From Psammoneis japonica (lineage: Eukaryota), in the NCBI GenBank assembly GCA_008632985.1, contig QPGO01000039.1, positions 1 through 64,000 on the forward strand: a stretch of 64,000 nt of DNA, in the 5' to 3' direction. Position 1 is the first letter of the stretch, and the number at the start of each line of letters is the position of its first letter. Shown one piece after another: positions 48,605 through 60,059 of the stretch. The notes below the pieces were generated by a model, which did no database searches, was not told where the DNA came from, and saw only the letters and a program-made list of their open reading frames with translations. A program made the position numbers and the translations under genes.

Positions 48605-51026
48605 ATGAAAGTGCTTCACGTTGCGCTTTTCGCGCTCATGGCAGCCCCGCTGCAGGGTGCTGAGACAGCTGGCCTTCGTGGAACGGGTCCGCAAAACAAC
48701 AGTCGCTTGCTTGCGCAGCACTTTGACAGTGTGAGCGTGGCAGGCTCGATCCATGGCTGTGTCGTAAACAACAAGCATGTTCGCTTTGTCGATAGTGCTG
48801 AGGGTTGCAACGCCTACGAACACTACGTGCACTTGAGTGCTTCTGATCTTAGTGGAGAAATCAGTCAGCCTCAAGAGAAGACAGGCATCCGTGGAATCGC
48901 TATGCAGTACGCTCGCCTTTTCACTAGTCGCCGTCATCTTGGACAGGCGTCACCCTCGGTATCGCATTCAGGTCCCTCGGAATCGCATTCAGGTTCGGGA
49001 CCAGTGAGTTTACGGGAGATGTTGTTCGTGTCTGTATGACGAGTGAGAAGTACATTCGCATGGTCATGTCTTCAAGCGCGTGCAGCTCTTCGGAAACCTA
49101 CATCAGCTGGGAAGTAGACGGAGAGACAGGCGACGACGGAAAGGATGGTAAAGACGGAAAGGATGGTAAAGACGGGAAGGACGGCCTTGACGGAAGGATG
49201 GTAAAGACGGAAAGAAGGGACCAAGAGGAGATGCCGGCCGTGATGGAAAGGACGGCAAAGATGGAAGGGATGGTATCGATGGAAAGGATGGGAAAAATGG
49301 AAGGGACGGCCGAAACGGCAGAGACGGAAGGGACGGCCGAGACGGCAGGAACGGAATGGACGGCCGAGACGGCTCAAGTGGCTCGAACGGTGACCACGGA
49401 GATGACGGCAGAGACGGCAGGCACGGATTCAATGGAAGGGACGGAAGAAGCGGAAGAGACGGCGTGGATGGCGCGGATGGAAAGGATGGCACGGACGGCA
49501 AGGATGGCAAAGATGGCAAGGACGGAACGGATGGTAAGGACGCCACCGATGGAAAAGACGGAAAAGACGGTACAGACGGCAAGGACGGCAAGGACGGCCA
49601 AGACGGCCAGAACGGCAAGGATGGAACGGACGGCAAAGATGGTGTCGACGGAAAGGACGGCCAGGATGGCCAGCACGGCCAGGATGGCAAGGACGGCTCC
49701 GACGGAAAGGACGGTACCGACGGAAAGGACGGCAAGGACGGAAAGGACGGTTCAGACGGAAAGGATGGTACTGATGGCCAACATGGCCAGGATGGCCAGC
49801 ACGGCAAGGATGGATCGGACGGAACGGATGGCAAAGACGGCACCGACGGAAAGGACGGCGTTGACGGAAAGGACGGTAAAGACGGTACCGATGGCAAGGA
49901 CGGCAAGGACGGTCAGGATGGCCAGCACGGCCAGGACGGCCAGGATGGCCAGCACGGCCAGGACGGTCAGCATGGTAAGGATGGTACAGACGGAAAGGAC
50001 GGTACCGACGGAAAGGACGGCACCGATGGCCAGCACGGCCAGGATGGCCAGCACGGCAAGGACGGAACGGATGGCAAAGATGGCGTCGACGGAAAGGATG
50101 GCACTGACGGTAAGGACGGCAAAGATGGAACGGATGGTAAGGATGGACAGGACGGACAGAATGGTCAGCACGGCCAAGATGGCCAGCATGGCCAGGATGG
50201 CAAGGACGCCACCGACGGAAAGGACGGTAAAGACGGAAAGGACGGTTCCGACGGAACAGATGGTAAAGACGGAAAGGACGGTACCGATGGTGAGGACGGC
50301 CAGGATGGTCAGCACGGCAAAGACGGAAAGGACGGCACGGATGGCAAAGATGGCGTCGATGGAAAAGATGGTGTTGATGGAAAGGACGGCAAAGATGGCA
50401 GTGACGGCACCGACGGAAAGGACGGTACCGATGGCCAGCACGGCAAGGATGGCAGTGATGGTACCGACGGCAAGGACGGCCAAGACGGCCAGAACGGCAA
50501 GGACGGAACGGATGGCAAAGATGGCGTCGACGGCAAGGACGGTCAGGACGGTCAGCACGGCCAGGACGGTCAGCATGGCAAGGACGGCTCCGATGGAAAG
50601 GATGGTACCGACGGAAAGGACGGTGCAGATGGAGAGGACGGTGCAGATGGAAAGGACGGTGTCGACGGCAAGGACGGCAAGGATGGCAAGGACGGCAAGG
50701 ATGGTAAGGACGGCAAGGATGGCGTTGACGGCACACATGGCGTTGACGGCAAAGATGGCGTTGATGGAAAGGACGGCAAGGATGGCGAGGACGGCAAGGA
50801 TGGTGAGGACGGCAAGGATGGCAAGGACGGCAAGGATGGCAAGGATGGCAAGGACGGATCGGATGGTAAAGATGGCACCGACGGAAAGGATGGAAAGCAT
50901 GGCAAAGATGGCGTCGACGGCATGGACGGTGAAGATGGTGTCGACGGAAAGGACGCCGTCGCTATGTCTCCCAGCGAGGATTCGCCTGAAGAATCGCCCA
51001 AGTTCTCGCCCAGTCATTCACGTTAG
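48605..51026 (+). CDS. Secreted collagen-like protein with about 200 Gly-X-Y triplets (GKD/GTD/GQD/GQH/GVD)
   Basis: Signal peptide MKVLHVALFALMAAPLQG. G-X-Y run about 49117-50955 with one -1 frameshift near 49194. The link between the N-terminal ORF and the repeat region (intron or frameshift) is unresolved. Confidence 0.8.
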
Positions 51027-51329
51027 GGACTCAGTGTTCATTTTATAGGAAGAAAAGCTGCTGCGAGGATTCAGGAAGACTTCTAGCTATCTTAGAAATA
51101 CAGTAGCAACAGAATTACATGCACGCTCTACCCGTTTTTTCCCGTAGTGTCATGCAGTGTTCGTGTTCGCTCTCTCGTGGATTCGCGGGAGTAGCAGGTA
51201 AAATTGTCGTCGCCTTTAAGCATGAGAGCAGCACATGCACAAGGTTCCCCGAGCCAAGTGTGTCAACGCTGTACATCAGTGTACCGGTAAGCTGCATCTG
51301 TGATGGCATAAGAAATGTTGCACAAATCT

Positions 51330-53450
51330 CTGCCCAAGGATGAGTGGACCTGCTTTGGTTTCAGTCAACTGATTGCTTGACACGCAAGCAACAACAATGA
51401 GAAAATGGGTGCACGTGAACGAAACAGCCACACCACCCCAAGCTGCCATTGTGGGCAGTTTTTGCAAGCAGCTCAAACTGCACCAATTCCGAGCTTGAAT
51501 TGCAAACGGAGCAGAGTGTTGGCAACTGCACTGATGCAAATGGAGCCGAGTGTTGGCAACTGTGCTGATGCACCTGCGAAGCCCTGCTTTCATCATGAAC
51601 AGGGCGGCAGTCTGGAATCTGGAAAATGGCCTGGAAAATGGTTTGAGTCAATGGAGAGCTGGAGCATTCTCTGTCACACACATGTGCGATTTCTTTTTTT
51701 TTGCTGTTCTTCAGCACTTGTCCTTGTTGTTTTTATCTAGCAGCCTTTCAACCCAGCTGTCAAGCCACTGGGATCTCACAACCTTGTGTCTTGTTTCTGG
51801 CTCTGTGCTTTGCTTCAGCACCAAGTGATGTCTGCCACCACACTTGAGACTGAAGATGCGGTGTCATCTCTGGGGGTGACATCCATTGCCCCAAGGCTTT
51901 GGCTCAAGGCCACCTGCATGGGTGGTTTTGCTGCGGATGCCATTGTGAAATCAACGCAGCAGCAACTTGGCAATCCTTTTTGCTCACTCCCAGTTGTGAG
52001 ATGAGCAGGAAAATTGACGGGGTTTCAGAGGGCGATGTTGGCTGACAGATTGCTGAGACACACCACACACGGCAGCTGGGGTGCAATTCACAGAAGCAAA
52101 AATGTGCATCGTGTGAACTTGCATCCTGGAATTGCACAGACAAATTTTGCTTGAGCACGAGAGTTTGAAAATGCCCCTCTGCAAAAAACCATCTGCCTCT
52201 GAGAGTTTGACGTTGTCCTCAAGATGACTCCAGGGCTTCTGTTGCTGTGCCAAAACATTTCTTGTCAGCAAATGTCCCAGCATTTTGCTGCAAAAGTTGT
52301 TGGTTGCCAGAGTGTCGCTGCAGCCAAGAAAGCATGCTTGCTGGATCAACATGGCTGCAGTCAACAAGCACCCAACTGAGTGTTGTGAAGCATGGATGAT
52401 TTGTGTCTCGTGGAAGAAATGTGACAAATGAAGCCACTGCAGTGTCGCCAAGTGCCTTGCCACCAAGGAAAGCTGCCAATGCCGCTCCATGTCGCCCCCC
52501 ATTGCACCACTGTGGAAGCATTTTCTGCCCATTTAAAGCTGCTGGACTTGCGCACAACTTTGATGACCAAGTTTGCAAAAACTGGCAATTGACAATCATC
52601 TCCAGCTCATTTGTTCTGCCCAAAGCATTCAGAAGCCAGCGCAACTCAGAGCTGCTGTCCAACCATGTCTCATGTGCACACCAGCAAACAACATTGTGGT
52701 GCACAAGGAGCAAAGCAAGCACAAATTACAACAAGAAACACACCAGCACTAGAGTGAGTGCATGACAGAATGCCGAAGGGCAATGATGACAACAATGTGA
52801 AAGACACCCTGAGCACCAGTGACTGTGACAACATGAGCACCAGCAAAAGAGAATGAGAGGCAGATCTCAGAGAGATCTGCTGGTCTGTCCAAGAGGTCTG
52901 GTCATCATCCATGTGTGCTCTGTCAATCACACGACAGGCAGACTGACACTGCATCGACAAAACAACAATTCTTCTGAAACAAAGACAGCGCCATTGCAAT
53001 GTGACAACAACAAAAAACACATGGCTTGATGTCACTGCTCACAACTTCATCTTCGCTCTTTCTCAATCAACTCATCAACCACTTGCTTGGCATTCAATGT
53101 CAACAAATTGATCTCAAGCAGAACATGCCGCAGAAAAGAAAAATGCACAAATGCCAAAGTGTTCAACAGAGGCCACACCACAGCCCTCATCACCTCAGCA
53201 CATTGCGGCCAAGCTTTGTCTGATGGGTCATTCATTGTTGCCTTTGGATGCATCTCAAAATGACAATTGTGGAAGTGGCGCAAGGTGTTTTGTGTCAGTT
53301 TTCTGCAATCAATGCACACGAAATTTCAGGAAAAAAAACGCATGTCTCAAAGGGCAGGTCGGCATTTGTCAGCTGCAATTTTTTAGGGGTAAAAAAGGGC
53401 GAACCCAAAATTACATCCCTTCGCCACGAGCACGACGGGTCTGACTGATG
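51330..53450. repeat. Eroded repeat block
   Basis: TA/CG depletion; content not identifiable. Confidence 0.6.
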
Positions 53451-54040
53451 AATCCATGATGGATGTTTCATAAAGATTGAGCATGTCATGTGCACAAAAT
53501 TCATTGATCTGAAAGTTACAATGTGACCAAAACACCACTGAGAGTTCCACCCTTGCTGGTAGATTCAACAAGAGACACAATGCACACTCTAACATAACTG
53601 GGGACCCAAGGACTTGAGGTGCGGACCTTCACATCCACCCCCGCCCAAGGTACGGAGCTGCCGCTAAGCTGTAAGTGTTGCTTCTTGCTTGACAAGAATG
53701 AGGCTGACCTGGGAATCAGAAACTTCACGGAACTTGCTGTTGGTTCCCATGGTGAGTTTGTTGCACATAATGGCGCTGCCACAACGGCATAATTGAGCTG
53801 TTCATTCTTCTCTTCATTGTTTTACGACGTGAACAACACCTCCCCATCCTTCTTGATTGGGGAGCTTGCGCTCTCCGCTTTCATTGAAAGCACGGCGGCC
53901 TGGGAGATCGTTGTTCACGACAGCATCATCGGCTACAAGTCTCCTACATTACACGTCAAAGGCGGTGAAGAGGCATCGCACATGGTGAAGTTGTTCGAGA
54001 CGGCGTTGGGAGTAGACGGTGCAAAGGTGGCATTGCAATT
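53450..54040. repeat. Dispersed ~0.5-kb repeat, copy B (homologous to 35480-35960)
   Basis: Same colinear blocks as copy A. Confidence 0.8.
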
Positions 54041-54076
54041 CAAATTGGTTTGTCAAAGAAACGAAAATGTCTCAAA

Positions 54077-57000
54077 TCAGAGGGGCTTTGATCCTGTGGC
54101 CAAACTTCTTTCGATATCCCATGACGGACGTTTGGCAGCCAGTTGATCTACTTTCCGCGGACATCCCCATCGACGGTAAAGTGACAAAGCCTCATCAAGG
54201 TATGCATCAGATTTAGCAATGTCTCCAGAGCGTGCCATGCAAACAGCAGCGCGTTCACATGCCATTGCTTGATTTTGGACAAGACCCATCCTTTGAGAAA
54301 AGGCAATTGACATTTCAAACTTCTCCATTGCCTCATTCGTGCGCCCACCAGCAAAAGCTAACTCTGCTTCCAAGTGGGCAATCCAATGAGTAAGCACCGT
54401 TGGCGCTGTTTCTGAATAAGCTCGAAGCTTGCGGATGCTTAATTTTGCACCTCGAATGTCCGGTGGACTAACAACCAAACGCGTCAGCGCTCTATAGAAT
54501 AATTCCATGTACACCAAAGAAGCAGCCATGTTGGGCGCTTCTAGTTGTTCGGAATCTTTCAGCAACAACAAAGCCATGTCAAACCTGTTGTCATTAAAAG
54601 CAAGAACTGCCTTGAACATGTTTATCATCTTTATCACGAGGAAATTGCCGTGCATTTTTGCTTTGTCGATAGCTTCCGCCTCATTCATAAACTCCCCTGT
54701 GAGAACCAAGGGTGATTCTACTTTGCCGACAAGATTCGCGGTTGCTTGTATTACAGGTGCGAACAAAAATAGAATGACATCTTGTTTGTATCGTATGAGA
54801 TGCTTGTACATTTCAACACTACGCTCGTAACAACGATCGAGCGCTTCGCCGGTCCAGAATCGATAACTGACTTCGAGTCCTTGAGCTAGTAAAGCGTACT
54901 AAGCAAAGAAAGAAATTCGTTTCAGAACGTTTTCAATGGCTACAGAAGCGTGACACAGCAAAACAGATGGCTCACCTCAATATCACCCGTATCAAAACTG
55001 GTCCGCTGGGAAGACTCTAGACGACTTACAAAAGTCCTCGGTGAATCATGCCACGGCGCCACAAAGGAGTTGTATATAGTGTAGACGCGCCCTGACCACT
55101 GTCTGGCATTGAAGCTGTCCACCACGCGCAAAGCAAGTTGTCCAAGCCGCAACCCCTGTTGTATTCTGCCAACTGCACACGTGTAACTCGCATAAAAGGC
55201 TAGACTAACTGCACTCATCCCAGTGACGCCGTGTTTGATAGACATTTGCACTGATTTGTAAGTAAGAAGCAACGCCCTTGGATCCCCGCTCCAGAACAAG
55301 TACGAGTACAGCAAATTACACAGTCGCATGGCTGCAAGCTTGTTTGGATCGGTCATTGGCGGGAGACGCAAGAACCCCCGATCTGTCAACTTTGAAAGCC
55401 GGCGTTTCGTTCGGGCATGTTCAATAAGCATCGTTGTAACACTGAAACGTCGAAGCGGTGTTCCAAGTTTTTCAAGTACGACGAGCCCTTCGCGGACAGC
55501 CTCGTTAAGCTGGTGTTGAGTCCCAAGAGCATACACATGCGTCGTATGAGCGTCAAGCGTATCTTCAAATGAACGAGCATTGTCAAAGACCTCGTTCGAG
55601 AGCACTTCCAGTCGATCAAAATCGGCACGAACGTAGGAGAGCTCTGCCGCAGCATTAACAAGCTGAAGGCAAAGGTGATAGCTGGTTTTCCATCGATAAT
55701 CCCCGAGGAGTGCCAACCCCTTGTCAATAAACGAGCCAGCATCTTCAAAGTTTGACGCGGCAACCAGCCGCTTCCCGGAACGAAGACAAAGTGCCGCAAC
55801 ATGATTTCGTTCCGTCTGAGACGAAATAAGTTCGGTTGCCACAGTCAGCTGGCTCGTGACCAACAATACCTTGGCTTCCAGCTCCTCTTCACTCATTCGT
55901 GTTCGGAGCGCTCGACCAATGGAAAGATGAAATGCAGCCTTTTCATGTTCAGGAATCAATTCGTATGACGCTTGTTGTATTCTATCGTGCGCAAAGCCCC
56001 AGAGATTCTCATCCTCCGACGAGGACGATTTCTTGCGTGTCAAAATGCCTCTCTTGCAGCAAGATTCAAGAATATCGTCAACGAGCATATCACTCGATAC
56101 CCCATTAGGGGCAGCGATATAGACCAACGACTTTGAGCTAAACTCAACACCTAGACATGCCGCAGCTTTGATTAGCTCTTGAGTATCCCGAGGCAACCTC
56201 CGTAACTTTGCAATCACAAACTGCACAATGTCGCCTTTTTCATGGTTCGCCTTGTCACTGTCGACTGCCGTTTCCTCTTTATCATATTGCCACGCACCAT
56301 TGTTGCAACTTATCCTGCCTTCTAGCAGCATATTGACCAGCCACTCCTTCATGAAAAAGAAATTGCCTCCTGTCTGTTGGAAAACAACCCGAGCCAAAGA
56401 TCTGGAGTCTGCATTCGGGAAAACAATGTTCATTAGGTATGCTTCTACTTCTGACATGACCAGATTGGAAACAATCACGTCTTGGATTGCAATTTGTCGA
56501 GACAAATCTCGAATAAACAGAGACAGCTCATGATTGGAGTCCACAATGCGGCATGCTCCAACAAGCACGAGACGCCCATTACAACGAGTCACGTCCGAGA
56601 CAAGCAAATCACGAATCGTTTCATAGTCGCCCTTGACGGCCCACTGTAAATCATCGAGAAAGAGCACAGCCGGTCCGTGTTGTTTCGACACGGCTGCGAC
56701 AAAACGCAAAAAGGCTTGTCGGGACCGAGCCTTGACCACCGTCATGTCATCTTCCTGTGATGTTCTTTGCACCGTGTTCTGATCAAACAAACCGCTCAGC
56801 CACGGCATCATTTTTACCAAATACTTTGCGTCCTCTGCATCAATGTCGAGAGATCGCTTTTCCATAAATAGTCGACTACTCGTTTTGTAAAAGGCTGCAG
56901 CTACCGCATCTTGAGATGATTGCTGGTACTGATCAAACTTTCCCTGCAAAAATATACCACCCTGTTGCTCAACAAGACTCTGAAGCGATGATGCAAGTAT

Positions 57001-57159
57001 CGTCTTGCCAGTTCCAGATTCTCCCGAAATCAAAAGAAATCGTTGTTGTTCTTTCTCTAGAACATTTGTGTAGTAGTCTCGCAAAGCGTCAATGTGATCG
57101 GATCGTCCAAAGGTCCCGTCTGCAAGCTGCTCAATTGCTTTCTGATTCTGCTCGTGCAT
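54077..57159 (-). CDS. COG3899-type AAA_16 ATPase with helical/TPR-like C-terminus (2 exons)
   Basis: FGR, ISGESGTGKT, GKFDQY, VLFLDDLQWA, TGGNFFF, AACLG, FAHDRIQQASY. Phase-0 intron 54899-54975 joins GDIE to YALLAQ. The 5' end may extend further. Confidence 0.88.
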
Positions 57160-57399
57160 AATATACTGTATCTTCCGTCGTTCCTGGCTAGTTGAATGGC
57201 ATCCTTAAACGCAGACGATGCTTTTGAAGAGATGTCTTTGAACAGAAGGGCTTGAAACGTCAGATAGATGAGATGATGATGAGTTGATGATGCGACGACA
57301 GTGCGTTCTTGTTGAGAGTGATAATGCGGGCACCGGGCGGGGCACAGACGACCTGAGCCAGGGGGTGAGCGCGTGCATGCTGTTCATTCTCAGAGATGG

Positions 57400-58620
57400 A
57401 ATGATTGGTTGTGACAGCTGTGAAACAATGAGCAAGGAATGACACAGAAAGGAACAAAGGGGTGCCAGACAATGGGTCACTGTGCTTGTTGATGCCACTG
57501 CACACAAGTGAACAAGCCAGCCAGCTGCAGGTGCTCACATCTTTGTTCTCTTGTTGTCATCAGCAGCAGAGACAAAACACAGAGGAATCATGTCAGCAAA
57601 ACAAGCTTGTTGTGGCAAGCCAGATTCAAGGCAAAGCTGCTGAGACACACAAGAAAATGAAGGAATTGTCAAGAAAGTCTGCCACAGCTGCGACAGATGA
57701 CAGCAAGAAGCGCGCATGTTTTGGCCTTGTGTGGGTGCAAGCAACAAAGCATTAAGCTGAGATTCACATGCCTTGAGAAACAAAGTTTGGTTTTTTGTGG
57801 TGATGCCTGGCAGTGGGGGTCAAGCCTTGAGAGCAATGAGCACAGAGGAGGTGCAGAAAACAAGGTGCGCGAGCTGACAGCCACTGTCTGGCACAGTGTG
57901 TGCTCTGTGCTGGCAAAGCAGTGAGACCATGCAGGCCCCACATGCACCATGCTGTGTGGGTGCTGCACTGGCATTGACGTGCTGCATGACAGAAGCATGG
58001 GGGGTTTCCATGTGGCACAATGACTTGGGCATTTCAGACAAAAACCAAGGAAGCAACCTTGTGCATGGATGCAAGTGTGTTTTGATTGGCCATCAATGCA
58101 AGCATGAAACTTTGGTGCACTTGCAATCCAAAATGCAAGCCAATGAGAGAGAACTCGCACAATTCCTTCTCACGTTGCTCCATTTTTGTGGAGACAAGCC
58201 AGCACCCGACAGTCTCTGCACATGGCTTTTGAGAACCTCCTGCTGTTTTTGTCACCTGATGGCACACAATGCACTTGTGAACTCTGGTTCTTGGTGGCTC
58301 ATGGCTGCTTGCTTTTTGTTCTGTGAAAATCACACCTCTGCTGCTGCAAAGCCAAACATGATGAAAGACTCACCTTTTCGGCAAACGACAGAGGCCTCGA
58401 GGTGGCGGCCTGTTGTCATGCCACAGGAGGGCACACAGCTTGCAACAACCCAGAATTGAAAGGTTTTTGAACACATTTATTGGCATGTGCAATTGTGTCT
58501 TTGTCCTCGGCACTGCATTTTGCAACATGAGAATTTGGAACGAATCATCGAGAATCCAACTGTGCCTGTGTGTCGTCAGTTGATGATGCATTGCGCATTA
58601 CGTTTTCATTGCGCACTGCG
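57400..58620. repeat. Eroded repeat block
   Basis: TA/CG depletion. Confidence 0.6.
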
Positions 58621-58668
58621 ACAGAGTGGGGCACGATGGCCTGAGTGCCCATGCGGTACGAACACACC

Positions 58669-59817
58669 ATGTCTTCGTCAGTCCATAGAACAAAAAGACC
58701 CACCGTCTACCATGTGCTGGATGTGTGGGCGATTCCGCCAGAAGTCTACAAAATTGCAGACAAGCAAGAGCGTGCTCGCGTTATTCACAGATTGATTCGA
58801 TCTTCTACCACCAAACCCCTCGGATTGGACAAGGAGATTGCTCCCATATCATTTGCGGATCATGCCATGGTCTTATTCGGGTTGTTTTTATGCATGGGAG
58901 GTCCTCTTTTATGGATATACTGCAGCATGTATTGGCTACTTTTGGGATCACCGTCGTTTTCGTTCCTGTTGCGATTTGCCCACGTTGCCGCTGCGTACTG
59001 TGTATTGGCATTTCATCCCTTACCATCAAGAGATTCGGGCTTTATACACGACTTTATGACCAGCCGATTCACGCTTGCTCTCTACAAGTACTTCACCTAT
59101 CGATTTGTCTGGACAGATGATGCCCTAGAACATATTGTCGAATACATCAAAACGAAGGAACAATGTTTTATCGGCGCAGGTCCTCCTCATGGAGTGCTTC
59201 CCTTCGCCAACCTTCTCAGTGTTCCCGCCATAAACACGGTGCTAGGAGTCGACTTTGTGGGGACTCCCGCTCCCATTGTGTTTTCAACGCCCTTTTTACG
59301 CTACATGACCATGTATCCGTTGGTCAGTGTCGACAAAAAGTCCATGCTTTCCGTCTTGCAAACAGAGCACAAAAATGTTGGCGTCGTCCCGGATGGCATT
59401 GCTGGGATATTCCGCCAATCCCGTGATCGAGAGGTTGTAGCCTTGGCCGATCGCATGGGAATTGCCAAGTTGGCTTGTTCGTATGAAAACATTGCGATAA
59501 TGCCAGCGTACTCGTTCAACAACACGGGTGTCTTCTCGTCGTGGTGGGATCCCTGGCACGTGATGGAACGGATCAGTCGCAAACTCAAGGCATCCATCTT
59601 TTTCTATTGGGGACGGCTTTACATGCCCATTCCTCATCGTGTTCCCATCGCCATGGTGTTTGGAGATCTAGTCGTGCCGCCGGAAACAACAACGAAACCG
59701 CCCACACAGGAAGAAATCGCAGCCGTTCACAAGCAACTGCTGGACTCGATTCGTGATTGCTATGAGAATTTCAAAGAGTCATTAGGGTTTAAAGATAAGG
59801 AGTTGCAATTTGTTTAG
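58669..59817 (+). CDS. DGAT2/MGAT-family acyltransferase
   Basis: Two N-terminal TMs, YKYF, PPHGVLP (HPHG variant), VVPDGIAGIF, RMGIAKLA, PAYSF, GR..PIP..P...VFG. Confidence 0.9.
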   Translation: MSSSVHRTKRPTVYHVLDVWAIPPEVYKIADKQERARVIHRLIRSSTTKPLGLDKEIAPISFADHAMVLFGLFLCMGGPLLWIYCSMYWLLLGSPSFSFLLRFAHVAAAYCVLAFHPLPSRDSGFIHDFMTSRFTLALYKYFTYRFVWTDDALEHIVEYIKTKEQCFIGAGPPHGVLPFANLLSVPAINTVLGVDFVGTPAPIVFSTPFLRYMTMYPLVSVDKKSMLSVLQTEHKNVGVVPDGIAGIFRQSRDREVVALADRMGIAKLACSYENIAIMPAYSFNNTGVFSSWWDPWHVMERISRKLKASIFFYWGRLYMPIPHRVPIAMVFGDLVVPPETTTKPPTQEEIAAVHKQLLDSIRDCYENFKESLGFKDKELQFV

Positions 59818-60059
59818 CGCATCAAAACTTGCGGTTCAGATAGGGATCAGCTTTTCCTTCGACTCAAAGCTAATCGAAGGTACTGTATCGCACCGCATTC
59901 GCTAGCCCTTCTTTGTTTTTCAGATTCAAGGTCATCCTCCATGATCACTGTAATAGACAGTAAAAGTTTCTTCTAGATTATAAGCCTTTGTTTTACACCT
60001 ATTGGAGCATCATATTGGTGATTTCAGTAGAGTTGCGCTCTCTCAAGGAAAAAAAAAAA

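Noticed and set aside
49036..51048. 670-aa MARTARM ORF and the long reverse-strand PS/LAVL/RP ORFs
   Set aside because: Shadow frames of the 9-bp G-X-Y collagen repeat, which lacks stops in most frames.
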